DNA of 64,000 bases. It comes from an uncultured Gammaproteobacteria bacterium. Its GTDB lineage: Bacteria > Pseudomonadota > Gammaproteobacteria > JACCXJ01. Below, piece after piece: positions 23,824 through 33,633 of the stretch. The stretch spans positions 1 to 64,000 of the forward strand of contig CAVXTM010000001.1 of the NCBI GenBank assembly GCA_963764725.1, written 5' to 3'. Each line of letters begins with the position of its first letter. Positions within the stretch are counted from its first letter, which is position 1. The notes under the pieces were generated by a model, which worked only from the letters and a program-made list of their open reading frames with translations, was not told where the DNA came from and searched no databases. A program made the translations under genes and the position numbers.

Positions 23824-24507
23824 TTATTCGTCGCCGGAAAACACGCCCAGCAAATGTAGCAAGCTGGTGAAAAGATTGTAAATAGATACGTACAATCCCA
23901 CCGTCGCCATGATGTAATTGGTTTCGCCTCCGTGGATTATCTCGCTAGTCTGATAGAGGATCATCCCCGCCATCAGGGCTACGAACATCGAAGAGACCGC
24001 GAGCGCCAGCCCCGGGAGCGAGAAAAAGATCGCGCCCAAACCGGCCAAGAAAGCGATCAACACGCCTGCCATGAGGAAACCGCCCATAAAACTAAAGTCC
24101 TTGCGCGTAGTGAGCGCGTAGCCGGAGAGGCCCACGAAGGTGAGGCCGGTGCCGCCCATCGCCATCATGACCAACTGCGAGCCGTTCGCAAAGTGATTGA
24201 CATAGGCGTTCAAGATCGGGCCGAGGGTCAGACCCATGAAGCCGGTCAATGCAAAGACCGCTGCCAGCCCCCACACACTGTCTCTGAGCTTCACTGTCAA
24301 GAACAGCAACCCGAAGTAGCCTATTAAAGTAACCATGATCCCGGGGTAGGGAAAATCGAGGGCCATGGCCAAACCCGCCGTCATCGCGCTGAACAGCAGG
24401 GTCAGCGACAACAAGGCGTAGGTGTTGCGAATTACTTTATTGGTCGCCAGTACCGACGTTGCAGGTTGGGTCGCAGGTTGGGTTACTGGGTATTGAATCG
24501 TTTTCAT
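23824..24507 (-). CDS. yccA: Bax inhibitor-1/YccA family membrane protein
   Basis: NKVIRNTYALL, IIHGGETNYIMATVGLYVSIYNLF. Confidence 0.93.
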   Translation of the reverse strand: MKTIQYPVTQPATQPATSVLATNKVIRNTYALLSLTLLFSAMTAGLAMALDFPYPGIMVTLIGYFGLLFLTVKLRDSVWGLAAVFALTGFMGLTLGPILNAYVNHFANGSQLVMMAMGGTGLTFVGLSGYALTTRKDFSFMGGFLMAGVLIAFLAGLGAIFFSLPGLALAVSSMFVALMAGMILYQTSEIIHGGETNYIMATVGLYVSIYNLFTSLLHLLGVFSGDE

Positions 24508-24656
24508 CAGACGATGTCCTCCATCGATAAAGGGTTTCTCACCTAACTAAGACTTACAAAAGCGCGTGAGGTTCGCTCCAATGATACTGACAGGCGGTAA
24601 AAATGCAACTCCGCTAGGTATTCGTGCGCCGCGGGCTTTCGGTTATGCTGGCGGGA

Positions 24657-24744
24657 GGAGAGGTGGCTGAGCGGTCGAAAGCGGCGGTCTTGAAAACCGT
24701 TGTGGGGCAACCCACCGGGGGTTCGAATCCCTCCCTCTCCGCCA
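24657..24744 (+). tRNA. tRNA-Ser (anticodon TGA)
   Basis: GGAGAGG acceptor stem, anticodon loop CT-TGA-AA, long variable arm, GGTTCGAATCC, CCA end. Confidence 0.97.
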
Positions 24745-25316
24745 ATATTATCAATGAGATATGGCTGTTTCTCCGAGGTTGGTTGTGGAATATTTGTGAA
24801 TTTACATCCAGCTTCGCAGCGGGTCATTATTTCGCGAGGATTTATGATGGGCGCGATATCGTTTCTGGGAACTCGGCCGCCGAGTTCTCCAGCGTTAGTG
24901 GAAGGAAGAGTCCAAAGCCGTAAGCATTTCTATATCGCAATGCCTAGCCGTCCGGTGGCGTTCATCTAACCGGGGCCGGGGCGCTACTGCGGTTAGCGAC
25001 TGGTCGGAAAGCCGACCCATTGCTGCCGTTCGCTACTGCGGTGGCGCTTCCTACTTAGCGGACGTTCAAGAATAGGGCAAAAGCGGTGAGCCACGATGCC
25101 GCACGCAAAGCGCTGGTGCGGTTTCGGCGCTCTCGTTGGGGCAGCGGGGATGCTGGACGGTCGGTGTCGTCATGCGTCTGCTTTTCGCGCGGAGGCTGCA
25201 CGTAGGCCGACAGCCGGTCCAGCCACTCCTTATTCATCCTGGCCCCCGCCATTGCAGCGGGACATTCTAACAGGCAGGTCAGTAACAACTATTGATCGAG
25301 GGATCGTTTAATCGCC

Positions 25317-27510
25317 ATGGAAGAGGATTTGACCGTCGCGGATCTGAGCATCGCATCAGACGCCGATTGGCACTTACCCGGGACGAAGCTTCATCGGTAT
25401 CGAATCGACAGCATCCTCGGCCAGGGAGACTATTGGTTAACCTATTTAGCCAGTGACCTGAACCTGGGCCGCACGGTCATTATTACCGAATACATGCCGT
25501 GCGAGATCGCCGTACGCGATACGCGCGGCGTGATTCATCCTGCCGCTGCGGAGCATGGCGCGGAGTATAAGGCTGGGACTTGAGTGCTTCCTGACTGACG
25601 CGCAAAAGCTCGCCGGGATCAGGCATCAAAATATCGCCCTAGCGTTGAATGCCTTCGAAGCGAACAACAGCGCTTATATCGTCGTCGCGCACGAGCAAGG
25701 CAAGAAAGCAGAACACCTCTTTGATGGCTCAACTGTGGCGGAAAAGGAGCTTCTCGCCTTGGTATTACCGATCCTGGACGGGCTCGAAGCGATCCACGCA
25801 AGCGGCTATATTCACCGCTACATTCAGCCGTCAAACATTATTATTCGTCCAGATGGGAGCCCCGTGTTAACGGGCTTCAACCCGGGCGGCGGCGCTCTCT
25901 TCAACCCCGCTAGCACATTGACCAAGCATTTCCCATCGGACTTCGCGCCCATCGAGCTTTGCTTTGGCGATGGCGAGCTGCATGGCCCGTGGACCGACAT
26001 TTTCAGCCTTGGCGCAACGCTCTACCAGGCAGTGGTTGGCGTTGCACCGGTAGCTGCAATCGAGCGCAGTCGCATGGTCGTCCAAGGCGAAACCGATCCG
26101 CTGATGTCCGTACTGCCGGTTGGGCAGGAAAACTATAGCGATGCCTTTCTTAAAGCCATTGATCATGCCTTACGTTTTTTACCCACGCAGCGGCCGCTGA
26201 CCGTTGCGGCGTGGCGCAAGGAGCTATCCGGGAACGACTCGCTCGACATCGACTTTGTGATCCGGCCTAAATCAGAGCACGTGGCCAAGCTGCGTGATGA
26301 TGTCGAGACACTACGAGCCCAGGAAGATCACAAGCGGCGCGTGGCCGAAGAGGAGCGGACCGTCAGGAAGCTTCTCGACCTCGCGCGCACCGCCATAAGC
26401 GAACACGATCTGCAGACGGCTCAGACCAGGCTCGACGAGGCCGCGGGAATCGCACCGACATCGGAAGCCGTAGCCCACCTTCGCGAGGAGCTCAAGGCAC
26501 GCGAGACCGCGGTCGTACAGCAACGCCTCGTGGAGGAGACGCGGCACCTACAGGCCGAAGAGACCGCGAACGAGTTAGTTACGCTTGGGCGCGATCCGAC
26601 GGGCAACCAAGCACGGCCCGCCGTTGCAGGGAGGAGGGACGGGAAAATTGAGAGCATCCCGGCGTTAAATCGGTCATTACAACCAGCGGATGTTCCGGTG
26701 AACATCCCGATAATGAACGACTGGGTACGGAGCACGGTCGATCCCTCCAATGAAACGGCGGGCGGCAGTCCCCCCGAACGGGACCTGCGACGACGGCACC
26801 GCGGCAAGTGGCTCGGATACTCTGCCGCGATCGCAGGGATAGTGGGTCTGGGACTCTCCTTGGCGTGGATGCGTCCGGGTTCGTTTGCTATCCTCTACGA
26901 TGCGGCAGACGAATGGCTTTCCGGAAACCTCTTTCGTGACGAGCCAACCGAAACCCTGCCCAAGCCGGCGGCCCAAGTACCCGTACCGGGACGTGAGAGA
27001 TGGGCCAAGGCCGGAAGCAGCCGGAGGCCCGCCTTTTCCAACCGCGCTTGGGCACATCGGTCCTGAGGAGCAATGGGACGCGGCTCGGACCAGGCTCGAA
27101 ACGGCGGCCGGCCGTGAACGCACCGGAATCGGAAACCGTAGCCGGGGCCTGATCGGGCGACGGGCTCAAGGCGCGCGAGACCAGGCAAGTAGCGATCCGA
27201 GAGGTCACCCCTTCGCGTGTTCGTGTGAGGCCGGGCGAGACCGTACGGTTTTATACCGAATATTCTCTAAGCCTTCCGTCAAGCGACACGGAAGCTCATG
27301 TGAAAGCCACCTGGGTGTTGCTTCGAGACGGCCGGAAAATCGGGCGAGAAGGTATCGACAATCGATACGCAAGGGCAGGCCTCAATACCGCGGTAACCGA
27401 GCTGACATTACCCCCCTCTGACCGCATCCGGGCAATACACCGTCGAGCATCGGGTGCAGGTGGGTGATAGCTTCGATGTGGCGCACTCGCGTTTTGTCCT
27501 AGCGAGGTAG
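25317..27510 (+). CDS. Ser/Thr kinase-like protein with degenerate catalytic motifs, coiled coil, TM helix and C-terminal beta-rich domain; several frameshifts
   Basis: YRIDSILGQGDYWLTY, HRYIQPSNIII (usually HRDIKP), LTGF (usually DFG), APIE, WTDIFSLGATLY; ORFs 25317, 25555 and 27225 abut in shifted frames. Confidence 0.7.
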
Positions 27511-27702
27511 TGCGGCCCTGGCCTCGCTATCCGTAGTGTTGTTTATAACAACAGTCAGCACTTTCCGGTTCGAGAATTCGGCAACCTAGGCACGGATGTG
27601 TCAGGGTACGAGGACGCTTAGAAGTGGACTAATCTGGCGTAGTGTATAACTGGTGTCGATGAAGACCGAGATCATTGCTAAGTGAGATAGGGATCATGAT
27701 GC

Positions 27703-27900
27703 CCATGGCGTGCTCTCGCCCTACGCCAGGCTGCGTCCCGAGATCATTCCATCCTCGGGGCGCCAAGCAGGCAAACATCCCTGTGCCTGGCTCCAGGCGC
27801 GTCAATCAACGCCACTGACACCTCAGACGATCCCGGTGACGTGCCCCAGCGCTCGGCGTCTGCGCGCATGAGCTGGGCCCGGCTGCTTAAGCGGGTGTTC
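27703..27900 (+). pseudogene. IS91-family transposase C-terminal remnant containing a 44-bp insertion
   Basis: HGVLSPYARLRPEIIP...ARMSWARLLKRVF reads in one frame after removing 27749-27792. Confidence 0.75.
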
Positions 27901-28105
27901 GGGGTATAGGGGATAGGAAACCAAGGTCAGCCTCGTTTCCCCGATCCCCGACTTCACCATCCTGTCACATGTAGGACATTCGTTGACATCAGAATGGGCC
28001 TTCGTCCGATTTCAACCGTCTATTGCGGCCCGGACAATACGCGGTCATGCCGCAAGCTCATGTCGGGCGGCGGGTTTGAGCACTAAATCCAGAGAGGAGA
28101 CACCG

Positions 28106-28588
28106 ATGCAAAATCCTTCACAACAATTTATTGAACTCGGCAAGCAGAACTTCGCGATCTTGATGCGCTTCACCGATTTGTCGCTGCAAGGCGCGACCCG
28201 TATTTTCAGGGCGCAAACCGAAGCCGCGAAAGAAGTCTATGCCGAGAACGCGAAAAGTCTTAAAGCGACGCTTGAAAACGGACTGAATCGAAACGTGGAT
28301 CCGGGCCAGGCGTTTACCGTTTATCGCACCGCAATGGAAAAAAGCTGGGACTTGACCCGGGACTGCATCGAAGCCGTGACGCAAACACAATCCGAGATGT
28401 CGCAAATGCTATCCGAGCAGATGTCGAAGCTGAACGAAGGCGTCAGTTGGAATCTCGATCAGATCACTCAGTTCGCCCAGCGCGGGGCGCAGGAAACGCA
28501 AAAGACCGCGCACGACATCGAGAATCAGGCCGGCAAAACCGGTGAAGTAGCGCAGCGCGGCGCACAACGTGTACAAAACAGAAGATAG
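28106..28588 (+). CDS. Phasin-like helical protein
   Basis: GAGGAG RBS; Gln/Ala/Glu-rich amphipathic helices resembling PhaP phasins. Confidence 0.6.
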   Translation: MQNPSQQFIELGKQNFAILMRFTDLSLQGATRIFRAQTEAAKEVYAENAKSLKATLENGLNRNVDPGQAFTVYRTAMEKSWDLTRDCIEAVTQTQSEMSQMLSEQMSKLNEGVSWNLDQITQFAQRGAQETQKTAHDIENQAGKTGEVAQRGAQRVQNRR

Positions 28589-28862
28589 AAAAATGAGAAT
28601 CGCTGCACACGGCCCCTCTGCCGGACTGTTTCGCACAGACGATCGCGGCTTGCATACATTCGTCGATAAACGCTGGTGCGAAATGGCGGGTTTGACTCCG
28701 CGGCAGGCGCAGGGACAAGGCTGAGTGCAGGCCGTTCGCGCGGACGATCGCGACCGTGTGCTCGTCGACCAGCGCTTCGCTCCAGTCCGTCAGCGGGCGG
28801 TACCTGTCCAGCAGCTCTCAGCTCTGGTTCTAGCGGGCCTGCGGCCCAGCGAGGGCCTCGTG

Positions 28863-29561
28863 TTACCGCGCCGTAAGGAAGCGCAGAATCTCGCGCATCA
28901 GCCGCTCCCCCTGATCCGTGCCGAATACGAACTGAGCGTGCGCGGAGCCGTCGAGGACGACCAACTCTTTCGGCTCCGGAGATCGCTGGTACTGCCGGCG
29001 AATCTTCGGAAGTCTCAGGCCCGCGTCGTTGGCGTCGTCGCGCGTCACGATGAACAGCTTGCGACCGATCAATTTTCTGGGCGGCCCGTAGGCGTTGTGC
29101 GCCAGTAGCACGGCGCGATCGATCTCGCCGGGCGTCGCGAGGCCGAGGGCGTCTTCCGTCGCGTCGCCTCCCGTGCTTGCACCAACCACCGCCACGGTCT
29201 TTGCGCCTGTCTTCCGCAGATAGCGCACAGCGGCCAGCACGTCGAACGACGTGGCCTCGCGGTTGGCGGACAGCGGGCCATCGTGGGACAGGCCGAACCC
29301 TCGCAGGTCGATCGCGAGCACGCGAAAGCCTGCCTTCACGAGTACCTGCGCCTGCTCCTTCCAATCACTCTTCGTCTTCCCGCCTCCATGGACCAGCACC
29401 ACGCCGCGATCACTCCCTCCGTACAGGTCCGCGTGGATGATCCACCCGTCCTGCGCGGGAAACGAGATCCGGTCCTGTGCCCCGATGAGGATGATTATAG
29501 CGAGGACGGCCAGGATCGCCGCGATCGCCAGGGCGGACTGTGGCGTGAGCTTGGTACGCAT
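28863..29561 (-). CDS. Alpha/beta hydrolase
   Basis: VLVHGG, DLRGFG, nucleophile elbow GASTG, C-terminal GSAHAQ. Confidence 0.85.
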   Translation of the reverse strand: MRTKLTPQSALAIAAILAVLAIIILIGAQDRISFPAQDGWIIHADLYGGSDRGVVLVHGGGKTKSDWKEQAQVLVKAGFRVLAIDLRGFGLSHDGPLSANREATSFDVLAAVRYLRKTGAKTVAVVGASTGGDATEDALGLATPGEIDRAVLLAHNAYGPPRKLIGRKLFIVTRDDANDAGLRLPKIRRQYQRSPEPKELVVLDGSAHAQFVFGTDQGERLMREILRFLTAR

Positions 29562-29671
29562 GTTGAAGCGCTCGGGCTGAGCGCGGCTATCCTAACTCTG
29601 ACTGCTCTTCTTAACAAACTAGAAGAGCGTTGGGCACACTCCTAGGCACACTAGCCTCTCCGCATTGAGTA

Positions 29672-29875
29672 TTATTGGGGAGTAATCGCATCGTCAGTAT
29701 TGGATTGAGAGGGAATATCCGGTGTCGTGTTCGGCACGGGAAGGGTGCTTTCTGGAGTGGTGCTTTCGCGCGGCATTTCGGAGCTACGCCTATTGCTTTC
29801 CTTCAACTCGTCGCATCCGGCAAGGATCATACATGCAAGCACAAAGCCCGGTATGCGCCTTCGATTCATTTTCAT
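29672..29875 (-). CDS. Small putative lipoprotein
   Basis: Basic N-terminus, hydrophobic core, lipobox LAGC, GGAG RBS; low-complexity tail. Confidence 0.5.
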   Translation of the reverse strand: MKMNRRRIPGFVLACMILAGCDELKESNRRSSEMPRESTTPESTLPVPNTTPDIPSQSNTDDAITPQ

Positions 29876-30403
29876 GTTTCCTCCTATTCGCATCGCTTGG
29901 AATGATTTTCTCACCCATTAGGCCGGACGAAAATGCATAGCGAATATGCTCCGGCCGGGCAGAGCACTCGTCAACCTGTAATCCTTTGTCGAGCTTTCTT
30001 CTTCTATCGATACTTGCTATCGACCGCCCGATCGGCCGTAAGGCCTGACGAACGAATCCCATGCGATCAGGCTACACCGATTTCTCAGCGGCTCGCTAGC
30101 GGTTTCCCAAAAACCGGAGTAACACCCGGTCGGAGATTAACAGCACAGAGGCCGGAAAGGCGGGGCGGCTCTGCGTCGCGTTAGTAGCGGCCGTAAACGC
30201 GTCCCTTACCCGAGCCAAGCTCCTGTAGAAGTTCCTCGACCGTCTGGTAATTGTTACCGATATCTATCGTCGTCCCTTGACTTAACAACTTGATTTATAG
30301 AGATATATCCAATTGCACGAAGCTTGACCACTATACAGAAGACGCGCGAGCGGTGTATCCGCTCGCGATGGTACGAACGTCAACGAACCCGGAGGTTAAT
30401 ACG

Positions 30404-30550
30404 ATGCACGATGAAATGAATAAGCTTCTGAAAAGTGCATTGTCGGCGATAGAAACCTATCAGCAGGCTTTAGAGAAGAAAGACACCGATCCCGCGCACG
30501 TAACGGCAATCGACGCACTGAGTCGAATTCTCGCCGACCATCAAAGAGCA
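30404..30550 (+). pseudogene. Truncated ferritin-like (DUF2383-like) stress protein
   Basis: MNKLLKSALSAIETYQQALEK...L.RI..DH with GGAGG RBS; similarity lost after ~50 codons. Confidence 0.5.
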
Positions 30551-30866
30551 AGATCAGAAGACGCTCATCAGCGATCTACTCGCAACCCAGCGGATGCACG
30601 TTCGAACAATCGATGGCTTGATGTCGAGGGTCTGAACGTCGCCGTAGCGAACGGCGTGTCGCATCCGTGGCGCCGGGGTCCGTATCCCGCTACGTTATCC
30701 TGTTGCCATCCCCCCGCTCAATAGCGAAATGAGGGGCCGAAAGACAATAAATGCGGATCACAGTTATGACTGAAAACGTTACGATGTTGAAAATCTTGCT
30801 TTTCGAGTTATTCTACAGGCTGTTAGCTGTTGTTGAAGCTCACCCGACGACGATGGAGGGCAAAAC

Positions 30867-31157
30867 ATGAGCAAAAGAGACGAGTACGTTGAGAAGCTCA
30901 AGGCGCAACTTGATGAGTGCAACGCGGAGGTCAGGAAGTGGGAGGCAAAAGCCAAGGGGACCCAGGCCGACGTGCGCACCGAATATGAGAAGCAACTGGA
31001 GGCATTCCGCCGCCAACGCGACCAAGCGGTGGAGCAAATGCGGCAGGTCCAGGCGGCCGCAGGCGACGCTTGGCTAGACCTTGCACGGGGTGCTGACGAA
31101 GCTTGGGCAAAGGCGCGTGAGGCGTTCGAGAAGGCGCGCTCCCACTTCCACAAGTAG
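30867..31157 (+). CDS. Conserved small coiled-coil protein
   Basis: RDEYVEKLKAQLDE...AAGDAW.DL..GA.EAW...AFEKA; GGAGG RBS. Confidence 0.75.
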   Translation: MSKRDEYVEKLKAQLDECNAEVRKWEAKAKGTQADVRTEYEKQLEAFRRQRDQAVEQMRQVQAAAGDAWLDLARGADEAWAKAREAFEKARSHFHK

Positions 31158-31179
31158 TCTGCTCTCCTACGGCGACGCT

Positions 31180-31597
31180 GTACCAAAGGAAGTGGATCCG
31201 GACCGACCGTTAACCGATACCGGGCGTCGGGACATCGAGCGGGCTTGCCAAGTTTCTTAATGCCGCTAAGGTGCGCGTATCGCGGATCATTCACAGCGGT
31301 AAGACTCGTGCACAGCAAACCGCCGAGATCCTCGCCAAGGACTCAGGGAGAAACGTGAGTATTGACGCAATGTCCGGTCTCAACCCCGATGATCCGCCAA
31401 TGAAGTTCGCAAAGCAGATTGAGGAGATCGGTGCCGGAGCCGTGATCATCAGTCATCTGCCGTTTCTGAGTTTACTAGTGTCACATCTCGTCGCGGATGA
31501 TGGGGATCAACCGGTCGTGAGTTTCAAACCCGGCTCAGCAGTTTGTATGGAGATGAAGCAGGGCGTTGGTCAACTACGCTTGTTGTTCGGCCCATAG
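31180..31597 (+). pseudogene. sixA: Phosphohistidine phosphatase SixA, N-terminus missing
   Basis: EVDPDRPLTDTG (shifted frame), HSGKTRAQQTAEIL, ISHLPFL; catalytic RHG motif absent. Confidence 0.7.
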
Positions 31598-31988
31598 TTA
31601 TAGCGACGAGCGCTCGCGCGCATGGGCAAGATATCAATCATGACGTAGATCTGCTTTGACCAGGAACTGCATCATGCAGCATTACCCGTGATGATGCCGT
31701 AATGCGCTCGACCCAACCCCGACTTAGAGTTTGCTACCACACCTTGAACTCCTAGAAGTCCAGCTGTCAGTTAATCCGGTGTCAGATGAATAGGGCTAAG
31801 GCCGACCACTGTGCGCAGATCACAATTCGCGAACTCGTGGACTTGCCAGAGTGAGGCAGCTTCACGGTTCCGCCACACGCACAGCGCTACCCGTCCATGT
31901 CGGTACCACCGGGTTGTCTAAGATCGCTCGGCATTTTGTCCACGAATTCCAAGGGGCATCGGCATCCGCCATGACCGGCAAAGGCCGC

Positions 31989-32777
31989 TCAGATCAATCC
32001 CGCGGCCAGCCCTCCGCCCACCAACAGCATCATTACCGCCACAACGACCTGCACCGCGCGCTGCGTGATCTTGCGCAGCAGCCGCTTGCCAAGAACCGCA
32101 CCGATGAAGGCACACGCTATACCCACCACGACGGGAATCATCAGTTCCTGTGACTGGGCGAAGTGTTCGGCCAGGAAAGTGACGCCATACACGACTAGAC
32201 GCACCGCGTCAACGATCACCGCCGACACGACGCTCGTAGCCACAAAAGCCTCTTTGGCCAGCCCGGCCTTGATCAGAAAGGCCGAACGAAACGCGCCCTG
32301 GTTGCCCGACAGGCCTCCGAAGAATCCGGACAGTAAGCCGCCCCAAAACAGATAGCGTGGCGGTAAGACGAGCGCCTGAAATCGTGGCGAAAGCTCTAGC
32401 AGCGCGAATGCGATGATCAGCACGCCAATCACCGCTTTAACCACCGTAATTTCGTGCATTCCGCCACCCAGCGAGTAACGCAGCAGGACTGGCAAACGGT
32501 CAAACCAGAACAAGATAGCAGCCCCGACGACCGCGGCCAAGGCGGCCGGAATGCAGAACCGGAACACGACCCGCCAATCCGCCTGCCGCGCCATCAGCCC
32601 GAGCTTAAACAGGTTGTTAGCGAAATGGACGACCGCCGTTGCCGCCACCGCCAGGGTCACCGGGAAGAAGAGGGCAAAGACTGGCGTCAGCGCGGTGCCC
32701 AAGCCGAAACCCGAGAAGAGCGTCAACCCAGAGACCAAGCAGGCAGCTATGCCAATAACCAGGAGTTCCAATGCCAA
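31989..32777 (-). CDS. TauE/SafE (TSUP) family transporter
   Basis: FSGFGLGT and GFFGGLSGNQG repeats; multiple TM helices. Confidence 0.85.
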   Translation of the reverse strand: MALELLVIGIAACLVSGLTLFSGFGLGTALTPVFALFFPVTLAVAATAVVHFANNLFKLGLMARQADWRVVFRFCIPAALAAVVGAAILFWFDRLPVLLRYSLGGGMHEITVVKAVIGVLIIAFALLELSPRFQALVLPPRYLFWGGLLSGFFGGLSGNQGAFRSAFLIKAGLAKEAFVATSVVSAVIVDAVRLVVYGVTFLAEHFAQSQELMIPVVVGIACAFIGAVLGKRLLRKITQRAVQVVVAVMMLLVGGGLAAGLI

Positions 32778-32957
32778 TTATCTTATTTCGTTATCGAATC
32801 CCTCTTGGACGGCTACTTGCCACGACGCACTGCCCCACGTCCGGCGTGAGGTTCACAAATCCGACCCGAGTCGGAAGTTTGAACCAGAATTCTTGTAGGG
32901 TTTCCTTAGGACTTGCTGCCCCTCTTAGTTCACGCATTCGTGCAGCAAGCGTCTCAT

Positions 32958-33566
32958 TCAACGGTAGGAGCGAATCAATCCGACAACGACACCTTGGATA
33001 CTAACGCGGTCAGGTGCAAATTCCATCGGCGCATAGGTGGCGTTCGCAGGATGCAAGATGATGCGGCGCCGATGTTGTTCGATCCGCTTCAGCGTTGTCT
33101 CATGGCCGTCGATGAGCGCGACGACAATTTCGCCGTTGCGAGCCTCCTCGCGATGTTCGACGATGATCTGATCCCCATCGAAGATCCCCTCCTCCACCAT
33201 CGAATCCCCCTTGACCCGCAGTACGTAGCACGGCCGGCGCGTGCGTAAAGTGATAGGCACTTCCACCGTCTCCTCATCAGAGACCGCTTCAATCGGACGC
33301 CCGGCCGCTATCGTTCCAAGCAGCGGCAATGGCTCCGCTCCCGCCTCACTGTGCTGGCTAACCAGCCGGACACCGCGCTGCTTGTGATCCATGGGTTCGA
33401 CGAGTCCCGCGTCCACCAAGGCCTGAATATGGCGATGCAAGGACCCACGGGAACTGAGCTTCAGTGCGCGACACAACTCATCCAAGGTCGGCGGATAGGG
33501 AAAGTCGTCCGCCTGTTCCTGGAGGTAGTCATAGATCTCCTGTTGCCGCCGCGTGAGCCTCACCAT
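32958..33566 (-). CDS. lexA: LexA repressor
   Basis: LTRRQQEI wHTH, cleavage site G.IAAG.P, GDSM catalytic Ser, TLK catalytic Lys. Confidence 0.93.
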   Translation of the reverse strand: MVRLTRRQQEIYDYLQEQADDFPYPPTLDELCRALKLSSRGSLHRHIQALVDAGLVEPMDHKQRGVRLVSQHSEAGAEPLPLLGTIAAGRPIEAVSDEETVEVPITLRTRRPCYVLRVKGDSMVEEGIFDGDQIIVEHREEARNGEIVVALIDGHETTLKRIEQHRRRIILHPANATYAPMEFAPDRVSIQGVVVGLIRSYR

Positions 33567-33614
33567 TCCTGCTTGCTTGCACATGATCGAAGGCTCTTAT
33601 ATTCTCACAAATAA

Positions 33615-33629
33615 GAACCAATTGAGAAC
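33615..33629. promoter_or_regulatory. Candidate LexA box GAAC-N7-GAAC
   Basis: GAAC-CAATTGA-GAAC in the 67-bp divergent lexA/helicase gap; matches the alphaproteobacterial LexA direct-repeat consensus. Confidence 0.55.
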
Positions 33630-33633
33630 AGCC

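Noticed and set aside
30283-30295. Perfect IHF consensus (minus strand) as an internal att site
   Set aside because: No tRNA fragment or direct repeat nearby; may just belong to a promoter
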